Source: Azolla caroliniana (taxonomy: Eukaryota > Plantae > Polypodiophyta). Taken from it: a stretch of 64,000 nt of DNA. Shown here in pieces: positions 28,211 to 39,380 of this stretch (position 1 is its first letter; every line of letters starts with the position of its first letter). The notes below the pieces were generated by a model. The model saw nothing but the letters and a program-made list of their open reading frames with translations. It was not told the DNA's origin and ran no database searches. The DNA lies in contig JBHGNT010000011.1 in assembly GCA_043228905.1 (NCBI GenBank), positions 18,166,001 to 18,230,000 of the forward strand, in the 5' to 3' direction. The position numbers and the translations under genes were made by a program.

Positions 28211-31200
28211 TCATTCCCCGCCCGTCGGTTCTTCCTCGGTTTCAGATTGTTCGTTGTTCCGGTCCAGGTTAACCGGATCCGGCTCGTCGTCGTGACGCTT
28301 CTTGAACGCTTTGATCCGCTTCCTAGCTACCGGTATCGCCATTCTCGTGCCGTTGAGTTCCGCCAGATGGTACGTCCCGTTGTCGCTGGCGCTTTGTACC
28401 ACGTAAGGCTCGAACCACCTTCTTGCGAACTTCCGTGTTGCTCGGTGCTGGTTGTCGAGGCTGCTGTCATAGACTAGCACCCAGTCGCCTTCCTCGATCT
28501 TCTTCGGTCGGAGCCGACGCGTCCGGTCGAACTGGGCTTTGTTCCTCGTCCTTGCCACCCGAAGCTTTTCCATAGCCTGCTCTACGTCCTCCGGTCTTCG
28601 CTCGAGCTGTCGTATACGCGCTGTCAACAGTTCCTCCCGGCTCATCTCGTCTCTCTAGTCCATGGTTGCCCACGAGGAGATCGTACGTTCCATCGGCATG
28701 ACCGGCTTCTGCCCAAACATGAGCTCTGCCAACATGAATCCGGTTACCGAACTGTGCGTAGTTCGGTCAGCCCACAACGCGTAAGGCAGCAGTTGCGACC
28801 AGTTCCCGACTTGCCCCCCGCATGCCCGAACTAACGCCTTGACGATCGGTCCGTGTCTGCGCTCCACCTTCCCATTCGCCTCCGGATTGTACGCAGTGGT
28901 AAGCGAGAGCTTGACTCCTAGCCGATCGAACAGCTCCTCGGCCTCTTCGGCGTCCAACTCCCCGCGATCAGGCACGATCGTCCCGATGCACCCGTACCGG
29001 CATATCACGTCCTCGATCAGGAACCGACATACGGCCGCGGTCCTTTAGTTCTGAAGGGCTCGGCCTTCCACCTGGTTCGTCAGATCTTCCCGAGCTAGGA
29101 CCAGATACCGCATCTGTCCTACGCCCATCGGCATCGTCACCAGATCTACCATCCATTTGAAGTGGATGGTCGGAGGGTACGTAGGGTGAAGCTCGTCCCG
29201 ATGCCGGACTATGGAGTGCATCTGACAGCTCTCGCAAGTTGTCACGAACCGATGCACGTCCCGGTACAGTCCCGGCCACCAGTACTTCCCTTTTATCTTC
29301 TCGAACGTGACCCATGTTCCACGGTGTCCAGCCCAAGGGCTGTCGTGGTAGGCCGTCAGCAGCTCCTCCTGTTCTTCCTTCATCGCCACCACCCGGAGCG
29401 GGACGCCGTTCCTCTTCTTCGGGTGCTTCCATAAGTATCCGTCCCGGAGAAAGAATCGGTAAGCTTTCTTCCGGATCCGGTTGGCCTCGTCTCTCGTCCA
29501 CGACGCATCCGGCGTCATTGTCCTCAAGAAACCACCGATCCGCAACCACTTGCCGTCGTACTTGCTCTCGTCGAAGCCGTTAAGTGCCGGAGTGCTCGTC
29601 CCATCGGTCGTTGCGTACGCCGCCTTGAAGAAGTCCACGCCGACTTCTTCGTCCTCCGAAACCATGCCGCCCTCGTCATCAAACCTCGCCCTCGAAAGCA
29701 TGTCGGCCATGGCGTTGTCCTTTCCGGAAATGTGCCGTATTTCCAGGCCCAGGGACTTGATGTACGCTATCCACCTGAGCATCGCTAGGTCCGGTGTCGC
29801 GCATTCGGAAACCATGCCGAGAATTGGCAGGCAATCCGTCTCGATAATCACTTCTGTCCCGATCAGGTAGTCTTTGTCGGCCTTTACTGCCGAAACGATA
29901 CCCCAGAGTTCGCGTTTAACCTGGGCGTACCCTCGCTGTCGCTCACTGAGGACCTTTGCGCCGAATCGGATCGGGAACCGGGTGCTGTCCTCGTCTTCTT
30001 GGTTGATGACCCATCCGATCTCGGTCGGGCTCGTATCCACCGTTATGTATACCGGGGTACCCTTCTCGTAGATAGCCTTCCGGAGCGCCGGTGTTGCCGC
30101 AAGAGCTTCCTTTAGCTTCCGGACCGACTCCGTGTGCTTGTCTCGCCACTTGAATTTTCGCCCCTTTTTCAGCAACCTGTATAGCGGCTCCGCAACGTGG
30201 GCGTAATGCGGGATCCATATGTGGTAGAACGTGCATGCCCCCAGGAACCTCCGAACTTCCGTAACCGAGCTACAATCGGTCTTCATCGCGGAGATGGCTT
30301 CTACTTTTGCCGGAGACGGCTTCCGGCCATACGGTCCACACAGGTGTCCGACCACCAGGATTTCTGATTGCCCGAAGGCCGATTTCTCCCCGGAGAAGGT
30401 GAGCCTCGCATCCTCTAGCCTTTGTAGCACCTTCTCGCAGTCGTCGATGTGTGTTGCCACGAATCGCCGGCATCCGCCCGACCCGACTATCTCATCCTTC
30501 TCTTCCACCGGGCACCCCTTTATCGGGATGTCGTCCAGAAATGGCATGGTGATGTCCGGGATGCAATCCCTCAGTACCTTGTTCATTGCATTCACCATGT
30601 GGGCCACCGAGTTGGTCCCTCCTTGTGGCAGGGTACACATTCGCACTAGGCCGAGGGGAGTTCCCATCGTCGTAATGTCTTTGCTCTCCACGGCTAGCTT
30701 GAACTGGTCGTACCCCGAGTACAGATCACCGACCGAGTAAATCGACCTTCCGGCGAAGGCCTCCGTGAACTCGTCTATGGTCGGTCCGATTCCTGCGTTC
30801 CGAATGGTCACTCTGTTGACCGGTTGCAGGTCCTGAATGAAGCGCAATGTTCCGTTTTTCTTTGGTACGGTAAACCATCGGTTCGAGTATGGCGTGCTCG
30901 ACGGTTCGAGAATACCCATATCGACTTTCTGCCTCAGTAGCTCCATCAACTCCGGGATGTGAGCTCTCGGTACTGGAACCGACTTGAGATTCCACGGCAC
31001 ATGCGGTACCGTGAATATCACCATCGGCTCCACGATCGTCGGGTCTACGCACCCGATCTCTTCCGGTGAGAATGCGAAGGCCTTTCCGTGCCTTCCGAGC
31101 ATTCTCCGAAACCGGTCTTCCTCCGCCGGCAGTAGGAACCCGCCCCCACCGATCTTGAGCTCCCGGAGCGTCCCGTCGGTGAAGGTGTGTCCTATGCAGG

Positions 31201-33858
31201 CCGGATCTCGTAAACTGGGGTCCGACGCAACCCCTCCGATTCGGGACTCGCTGCCCTCCGGTAAGGGTGCCGCGACTGGCCTTACCTTCCGGTCCACAGT
31301 CTTGTACTTCGTGCTAACTCGGGCCGCCCGATCCGACCGGAGCCCCTGACTGAAGTTCGCGATGACTTCGTACATCTCTTCGGAACATACCGGTATCGTC
31401 CGGTCTTCGTTAAGGTCTTCTTCGGCTACCTTCCTCAGCATCCCCAAGGTGTCGTCGAAGGAGACCGCCTCCACGGCCCCGCTGATTTCCTCGTTCGGGC
31501 CGAGAACTCCGCACGCTCGAAGTCGCTCCTCCGCCCTTGCCCTTTCTCGGCCAACGATGCCGACTATCATACACCCTCCGTTGTTGGAGAAGCAGAATTT
31601 TCTACCTATCATACAAGGTTTCTTCGGTTCCGGTTCTATCATACAGCTGTGGGGTCTTTCCCGAGTGTCCGGGCTGTCTCGGCCCCACGCCTCGGCAGCC
31701 CTCTCTAAAAATCCTCTCGGTTCTCGCCACCGAGGGATTCGCGGTTTCGCTCGTGGTTCGGTCGTACCATCAGAAATTGGACCGAATGGCGCCCGTCCTG
31801 GCTTTTGACCCTCACGTAGGCCGAACCGTTGTTCAACACCTTGGTCTCCATTCGCGCCGCCGTGATGTATGGTTCCCCTAATATGACTGGGTGCGAGGAC
31901 GTCTCCTATACGAAGAAGTGCTGGTCAATCTCGACGTCGCCGATCTTGACTCGCACGTTCGGGCAGGCCCCGTGCAGTTCCTCGATGGCGCGCGTCGCCG
32001 TCCGTATCTTCCACCTGTGCTTGGTGTTGATCGGCCACTTTCCCTTCTTATAGAAGTCCATGGACATTAGGTTTATTTCCGAACCGTGGTCCACCAGTGC
32101 CACCACTGGTTCCTGAACATCTCCGATCTTTACCGGGGTCTCCATGGTCGCTCGGGCCCAGTGTGGCCTCGAATAGTGGCTCTCCGCCCACTCATCTTCC
32201 AGCGCCAAGTCGTCGATGTGCGTCGTCCGCACCTCCACCGGTCTTTCCGGTTCCGTCTCCGTCGACAGCCTCTTCCGTTTCACCAAGTCCACAATGGAGT
32301 CGTGGAACTCCTTCTTGGCGATCCCTAGCACCTCCTGTAATGACAACTCCACTTTGCTGTCGAGGATCCGTTCTTCTAGGACCTTTCGTAGGTCCGTGTT
32401 CCTTTCTATTTCCGTCCCCAGTTGGTATCCACCCTTCCTGGGGTTATCTTGCGCGATGGTCCCATCGGCTTCGTTCCGTCGTTGCCCGAATCGGGTCTCG
32501 TATCGTTGTGAGGGCCCGGCCGCTCCGGCTTTCCCCACTCATTTGTCCTCTACCAGAGCCTCGTAGTTCCGGTAGGCGGCTTCTACGAAGCCCGTCTTCT
32601 CCTCGACCGGGTCGCTCCACCCGGTTATTTCCCGGACCCGTCTCTCGGCGCGGTCCGCTTCATCTTTCCTCAGTCGTGCGCCAGCGAGGCCTTCCAGCAT
32701 TGCCGACCAGAACCCGTCCTTGCTCTCCTTTCGGGCCTCGCTGCCCCCGACCCGAATACCGGCCGACGCCGAGTAGTGGATGGCCTCCACGTGTCAGGCC
32801 GCTGCCTCTTCCATCAGTCTCTTCATACCTCCTCGCCCGTCGTTTCGGTTTAGGGCCCTTCTGGTATCGCCGGCGTGCACCCGGCCTTCCCACAGGTACA
32901 CCACCCGGTTCCTCAACGCCTCAGCGAAATCGCCGCAGTCCTTCCGAATGTGGCCGACCTCGTCGCACCACATGCACCTGTTCCCGGCTGCCGGCCGTCG
33001 GTCACGAGCCGGTTCGCCGCCTTCCCTTCGAGCCTGGGCGATCTGGAGATCCTTTATCGCCCGCGTCAACTCCTCCAGCGCTGCTCCTCCGGTCGAGCCA
33101 TTGACCACGCCGGTCGAAGCCGAACCGGTCTCGAGCCACTCCCGGGCCTCTTCCCTTCGTCCTTGCGGTGCCAGTTCAAGCCTCCTTGTTGTGACAGAGC
33201 CCGCACCGGCCGTGCCGTCATCAGCCCATTCTCGCCGTTTGTCGAAACGACCACAGACTCTCTTAACCGCAGCCCAGTCGGTCGTCAGCCCGTCTTCGGT
33301 TTCCAGCAAGGAGCCGACTTGATCCCGGTCCCGCTCGTCCACCGACTTGACGAACAGTAGGACCCGGCTCGTATCCAGAACGGTTCGATCAAGCGCCGAA
33401 AGGCGCGCAAAGCGTTCCTCAAACTCCCGGAGGAGTGCCGACGCGTTTCTTCCCTTGCCGAGGGACTCCACCCACTCCATGAAGTCCCGTTTCGAAAGCC
33501 GGAGCGCGTCGTCCAGCCCGTATTTTTCTAGGAGTCGACCTTCGAACTCCTCCCAGGTACGGCTCTCCGCTTGCACCTCGAGCACCTCCGCATGGATGCT
33601 CGGCATCGCCACTCGAGGGAACCCGACAAGACGCCTCTCTTCCGGAATGTCCCGCATCAGCATTTCTGCCCCGTAGGACGCCAAATACTTCGTGGCATCC
33701 TTTCCGTTGAACCGGCCGATCGTACCGACGACCACCTCAATGGCTCTGTCGAGGGCACCGGAGCCCTCGCGTGCGCTCAATATCCGATCCACGGCCGAAG
33801 CCATGGCCTCCGCAAGATCTGACCCTTTCATCTTCTGCTCTTCTGCCGCCTCCTTCAC
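28211..33858 (-). pseudogene. gag-pro and pol of the Trp-primed gypsy element, with premature stops
   Basis: gag-pro stays in one frame from 33858 to 31705, with in-frame stops at 32796, 32541 and 31908. pol is in the -1 frame from ~31714 (ORF 29045-31642), and integrase continues through further stops to ~28211. Confidence 0.9.
31649..31714 (-). promoter_or_regulatory. Putative programmed -1 ribosomal frameshift signal (G GAU UUU heptamer plus pseudoknot)
   Basis: G GAT TTT (31714-31708) directly precedes the gag-pro TAG, and the -1 frame runs open into pol. After a 6-nt spacer there is a GGGCTG/CAGCCC stem, and loop GTGGGG can pair with downstream CCCCAC. Confidence 0.7.
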
Positions 33859-33871
33859 GTCGGGTTCACCA
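33854..33871 (-). promoter_or_regulatory. Primer binding site complementary to the tRNA-Trp 3' end
   Basis: TGGTGAACCCGACGTGAA lies 3 nt after the 5' LTR and complements the plant tRNA-Trp 3' end TTCACGTCGGGTTCACCA (recalled sequence). Confidence 0.85.
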
Positions 33872-33874
33872 AGA

Positions 33875-34513
33875 TGTCGAGGTATTCCTCGCGGATGCGT
33901 GGAATGAGGTGGGACCTCGGGGGTCCTGTACCGAAGAGCAAGAGAGAAAGGAGAAGAGGCCCACTACGTGCGAGCGTAGATTCATAGGGACACGGCCCTT
34001 CGACACAAAGACGCGAGTGGGACAGCGACACAGAGAGACACGAATGTATGTATGTATATGTTAACAAAGACAAACAACAAGAAGCACGAAGTCGGTTACA
34101 ACCGAACAGGCCGGCGAACAGATGCCGATGCCTGTTCGTGAACGCTCCGAAGGAAAGGAGTAGGTTGGAGGTGCTGCCGGAAGCACTCGGGCATTCCTCA
34201 GAGCAGTGCGAGCCTCCCGAAAACCTGCGCAGAAAGAAGCTATGGAGTATGGAAGAGAGAGAAGCCTTCGGCCGACAACCCGACAACACTTCGTCCTCTC
34301 TAACCGCGATCCCTTCCTCCTCCTCGTCTCCCTCCTTTTATAGGCAAGAAGGGAGCCGTTTCCTATTAACTTCCTACCTACCGAATCTACCTACCTAGGA
34401 TCTTCCATGTCCCTAATTCTCTCTTATGTACAACACAAGGCGTACGTGCATGAAGAGCCGGTTCCTATGCTCCGGCGCACCGATTCCGCTCGTGGACGGT
34501 TTTCTTCACGACA
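33875..34513 (-). repeat. 5' LTR of the Trp-primed gypsy element
   Basis: 639 bp, TG..CA ends, adjacent to the PBS. Confidence 0.95.
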
Positions 34514-35920
34514 ACGGAGTAGCTGCACAAAACAACCGACACATATTGGAGGTGGCAAGGGCAACGATGAACCAGAAACATCTACCGAAATTATACTCGG
34601 CTGAAGCGGCGATCACGACCGTCTATCTAATGAATCGCTGCACAACATTCAAAGTGCACAATATTACCACCCACGAGAAGCTCTATAGAAAAGAAGTTGA
34701 ACTTATCCCACGTCAACATATCGCCTTTGTACACATTCCCAATGAAAAATGGCAAAAGCTTGATCCGCTAGGATATTCGGTTCTATCGCCTTTGTACACA
34801 TTTCCGATATAAGTGCACATTCCCAATGAAAAATGGCAAAAGCTTCATCCGAAATCGGAGAAGTGTATCCTTGTGGGGTACTCGCTCGAACAAAAGGGGT
34901 ATAAGTGCTTCAATCCCACTACCAAGAAGGTACGAAAGAGTAGCGATGTCGTATTCGACGAATCGACATCTTGGTACATGGTCGACTCAACTCCATCTGA
35001 CCTAATCAAAACCGATTTCGATATAATCGACCTGGAGGACGATGATCGACAAAGGCTTACAACAAAGGAAAGTCCAGTCTCAACTAGGTTCAATGGAGCA
35101 TAGGAGCCTCAAGCGACCAAAGCACGTCACGGACGAGTTTGAAGAAGGACAAAGGAAAGGCCAAAATGCTTGAATATGAAGACTCAGAAGAAAATGAATC
35201 GGATCACTCACCCGATAGTGAGTATGGTGGATTGGATGTGCCTAGCATGAGCACACCAGAGGCACCACGTCCCTCCACCTGAGAGAAGAACGTAGTCAGC
35301 CAGTTTGTTTATAATTTCTACAGGACATATCATTATGCATGCATGATGAAGGTGGCGATAGTCCGAGAGCCGGAAAATTGTTTTGAAGCTGCGAAGGACC
35401 CACGATGGGTGGAAGCAATGAATGAGGAGACGCAAGCACTCTCCAAAAACCAGACATGGGATCTTGTTCCCTCTTCACCCCATCAAAAGGAAATCGGATG
35501 CCGATGGATATACAAGGTGAAGCACAATGCCGAGGACACCGTCAATTGGTACAAGGCCTTGCTTGTGGCAAAAGGGTATGAACAGACACACGGGGTCGAT
35601 TACGAAGAGACCTTTGTCCCAGTGGCAAAGATGACTACCATTCGAATCGTGATTGTGCTTGTTGTAGCAAAAGGGTGGCACCTCCATCACATGGACGTCA
35701 AGAACGCCTTTCTCCAAGGCGAATTAGATAAGGAGGTGTACATGGTACAACCACCTAAATTCTAGTCGCGTACGCATCCGACTGCTGTCTACCGACTCAA
35801 AAATCCTCTCTATGGCCTCAAGCAGGCACCTAGAGCCTAGCATTCGAAGATAACCCAATATCTTCATCAAATCAGCTTTAAAATGGCGAAGTCCGATAAT
35901 TCTCTTTTCATTTGTAGCGA

Positions 35921-36519
35921 CATGTGAGAATACCATATGAGAATACCTTTCATATGAGAATACCTTTCAGTTTCTTTATATAGGCTTTCACCCCATGCCT
36001 ATTATCAAACATGAAAGCATTACACATATTCCAATTGTGTTGTAGTCCCCAATAACGTAAAAATTGGAACAATATCTCCATTTCATCATTTGAACCATTT
36101 GGAACATATTGAGAAAAAACCCATTGTTGAGGTCTCAAACAATAACGGGTTAGAACTTGCCAAATATCTGATAAGTACTTCCAAATGGTACAACTATAGG
36201 ACATTTAATGAACATATGTGTACTATCCTCCAATGGAACAGTGCAAAACAAACAAGTGCCAAACCCTAGTCCTCGCCTCTTTCTCTCTCTCTCTCTCTCC
36301 AAGATATGTTGATATACTAAGAGGAGTGATAGCTTAAGTGCCATACTTAAGACACCATTGAGAAGGTTGAGCTCATATGTATATGCTTTATTCACACATA
36401 GAAACTTTGTGCTGCAATGTATGAATACCCCTTCTTAGGAAGGAGACACATATCAAGAACACATGTATACTCTGGTCCCATAGGTCAAAATTGGCCTCTT
36501 TATGGACGATAAAAATTCT

Positions 36520-36520
<1 letters not shown>
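35921..36520 (-). mobile_element. LINE (L1-like) 3' remnant with zf-RVT motif
   Basis: GLGFGTCLFCTVPLEDSTHMFIKCP matches the CxxC..E..H.F..C zinc finger of plant LINE ORF2 C-termini. It ends in a tandem 'catatgagaatacc(ttt)' repeat where the copia RT is truncated and is broken by (CT)n tracts. Confidence 0.55.
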
Positions 36521-36572
<52 letters not shown>

Positions 36573-38536
36573 GGTGAAAACACACAATTATATTAATAAA
36601 TGTGTGTAAAAAACACTACTTACAATAAGTGTGACAATGAAGTATGGTCACCCACTAACGACACACTACATGGGTAGTGGAACATGTTGAATTGCCAATA
36701 GGCCAGACGAACACTCTACCGAGGAAAGAATTTTCACTTGCTCCAATAAAGAAAATTGTCACATTAGTACTCCCTTCAACTTTCGTAGATATGCTTTCAC
36801 TCCATGTCTATTGTCGAATACAAAAGCATTGCGCATATTCCAATTATGACGCAATCCCCAATATCTTAGAAATAAAAAAACGATCTCCATCTCTAATTTT
36901 GGGTCAACCTATGTAAATTGTGCAAACATCCACTGTCTAGGTGTCAAATAACTCCATGATAAAACTTGCCAAATTTGAGAAATGTAACTCTAAATCTGAC
37001 AAGCAATCAAACATTGTATAAATCTCTCTCTCTCTCTCTCTCTCTCATTCCCGATTCTTTACAATCATCATACTATACTTATCTCACATCAAGCCGCCCA
37101 ACTTTCTCTCATTATATTTCCATACTCTTGGGTTTTGAATGTTCTAGAGACAATTTTGCATTTATCCCAAAACCTTCATCTTCATGCATCTTTTTTGCAA
37201 AGTGTTTGATATTGGGTTCCATGGACACTCTAAACTATTGGTAATTAGCAAAACACTAGGCGATCAACTTTTGATCCATAATATGGTATAGGTTTTTCAC
37301 TTTTCACAATCATCATATTGGTGGGCATATTCATGCCCTGTTTTGAGTGTTTCTAATGAAATGTGTTATAATTATAAATATTCTTTGTGGATTTTCACCT
37401 AACTTTTAGGCCTTCCACCACTAATATATTGAATGTCGAATAATAAAATGTGTGTATGTGGCACACATACACATACATATGAAATGTGTTTAAAAAGATG
37501 AAATAAAAAGTATAATTTTATCTATAGATGACGACGATGGATGCTTTATTTCAAAACTCTAAGATGTAAGGAAATGATGGAAATTTTATTTGTGTTGTAA
37601 CAACAACTATATTAACTATATTGCAACACTCACATTTGAATACTCTAATAGCTACAAAACCGAATATCATTTATAAAATAGTGATTGTATAAATTCGATG
37701 TGGTGCCTCTTGACTTGGAGTACATACATGTACACCACCGTTTTTTAACAGTTTGTGCTCATTACTTCACACGATTTTGCTTATAGTTCTTGGATGTGTG
37801 GAATTTCTTTGCCTCGTGGGTGGTTCACAAGCGGAAGCACTCACGGAGTAGATAAACGTATAAATGTATTAGGAAACACAAGGGTGAAGAAAAGAAATTG
37901 ATAACAAGCGAACACTTATCATATAAAGAGTTAATATCGCATAAGTGTGCAACGCAAAAAGACTTGTGTGCAATTGGCAGCCCATGAAGGTCTTTCTTCA
38001 ACGTCATAACTCAATCCATTGACATGAGTAGGTAATGACACGGTATAATCAAATGGAAATTTCTCTTGTAAGTTAGTTAGAAAGTAACAATAGCTTGAAT
38101 GTGACGAGATCCTGGACAAGGATGGCATTCAGATGTGTCAATGTGAAAAGCCATAGAAGAAAAGGAAGGTAGATTTCATGAGGACGAGTTCTATAGTGAG
38201 CTAAGCATAGGCAAGAGAGGTTATAATGATCGAATTTCTTCACATTTGACATTCAGAGCACTGAGAAAAACCTCAAATTCGTGTCGAGACATCCGAAAAG
38301 GAAAAGACACAATGATGGGATGTGTCAAAGTTAGTGGGAGTGATCTTAGGAAGAGAATGAGGGCATAAGTGGCTTGATCACTAGGAGCACAACTGAGCCC
38401 AAATAGGTATGGAATGGGCACGGAAACTCGTCCAAGCCGGAGGAGATGAATGTATATGGTGTATGTGGTGGCTAGGGTGGGGGCTATTGGGCCTTGTATA
38501 AAGGAGAACCTTATGTGTGGGAATGAATTGGGGAGG

Positions 38537-39046
38537 TCAACACCAACATTGGTCACTTTCCCAACTTCTTCCTCTAGATGTGAAGGAGAAAGAGGAGGAG
38601 GAGGAGGCCTTTGGAGGTGATGCCCATATAGTGGAGGTGGATGCGGACGATGGTGGCCAAATCGAGGAGGCGGCCAGGCGGAGCTTGTGGTCGTATTCGG
38701 CACGAGCATCGGCATCAGAGAGGAGAGTGTAGGCGGCATGGATCCGAAGGAATTGCTCGGTGGTGGTGGCTTTTTCGTGTGCGGGGACTACGTCCGGGTG
38801 GAAACGCCGAGCCATGCGACGGTAGGCCATCTTGACATCAGACGCGGACGCTGACTGTGGGATTTCCAGCACTTGGTAATGTGTGTGGTTCCGATCGGAC
38901 CCAATTTGGAAGGCGGTGATGTTGGGCCGGGGGGAATGGGCGGCGGTAGATTGGCCGGGGGAGTGGCCGGAAGTAGGGCGGAAGTTGGTTGCATTGGATG
39001 AGGCTCGGAAGGAAGAGGTAGGGGAGGAGGGGAGGATTGTTGCCAT
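38537..39046 (-). CDS. Small chloroplast J-domain protein (DnaJ11/DJC type), intronless, 169 aa
   Basis: Ser/Pro/Thr-rich transit-like N-terminus; J-domain HYQVLEI..VKMAYRRMARRFHPD..FLRIHAAYTLLSD..RAEYD; C-terminal RSWESDQCW, matching the family motif (R.WETDQCW). Confidence 0.93.
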   Translation of the reverse strand: MATILPSSPTSSFRASSNATNFRPTSGHSPGQSTAAHSPRPNITAFQIGSDRNHTHYQVLEIPQSASASDVKMAYRRMARRFHPDVVPAHEKATTTEQFLRIHAAYTLLSDADARAEYDHKLRLAASSIWPPSSASTSTIWASPPKASSSSSFSFTSRGRSWESDQCWC

Positions 39047-39147
39047 TTGGTATGTTGGGATGCAATAAGAAAATGATCGGTTGGGTTAAGGATGAGGCTT
39101 GGAGAGGAATGGAAGAAGGTTGGATGCCAATGTCTTATATAGACATA

Positions 39148-39380
39148 CACATGTGCATGTGTACGGTGGTTACATGTGTATATGCAATGGGTTATATGTG
39201 CATGTGTATGGTGGTTACATGTGTATATGTGCATGGGTTATATGTGCATGTGTATGGTGGTTATATATGTATGTGTGGGTGTATGTCCATGTGTATGGTG
39301 GTTATAAACTTATATGTGTATGTGTATGTGTATGTGTATGTATGTATGTATGTATTTGTATCTATGTGCATGTGTATGTG
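39148..39380. repeat. Degenerate (TG/TA)-rich minisatellite upstream of the DnaJ gene
   Basis: Repeated 'atgtgcatgtgtatggtggttac/tat' units followed by (TATGTG)n and (TATG)n. Confidence 0.85.

Larger units (their letters stand above)
27499..34513 (-). mobile_element. Full-length Ty3/gypsy LTR retrotransposon with tRNA-Trp PBS and 4-bp TSD
   Basis: 639-bp LTRs at 27499-28137 and 33875-34513 (TGTCG..CGACA). TSD ACGG at 27495-98 and 34514-17; removing the element restores the host codons CAG CAA AAC GGA GTA. Domain order is gag (CMWCDEVGHIRKDC), PR (LVDHGSEIN), RT (PFLDD), RH, INT. Confidence 0.96.
25480..35920 (+). mobile_element. Degenerate Ty1/copia LTR retrotransposon (copy 1), interrupted by a gypsy element and 3'-truncated within RT
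   Basis: ..TTTACA followed by an iMet-type PBS (TGGTATTAGAG, 25498). Then gag (QLRQELNNIQQ..YTLKIKEVCDAL), integrase (CEACQFGK..LDVVHSDVWG..YYVTFIDDFSRYT; PQQNGVA is split at 27498/34514) and RT (WVEAMNEE..TWDLV..CRWIYKVK..MDVKNAFL), with many stops and frameshifts. Confidence 0.9.

Noticed and set aside
32539-32796. Programmed stop-codon readthrough in gag (TGA-CAC)
   Set aside because: Several in-frame stops occur, and all fit C-to-T deamination of CGA/CAG codons, so decay is the simpler explanation.
28031-34398. Many overlapping + strand ORFs (e.g. 32097-33104) and LTR-internal ORFs
   Set aside because: They are antisense shadows of GC-rich retroelement sequence with no recognisable domains.
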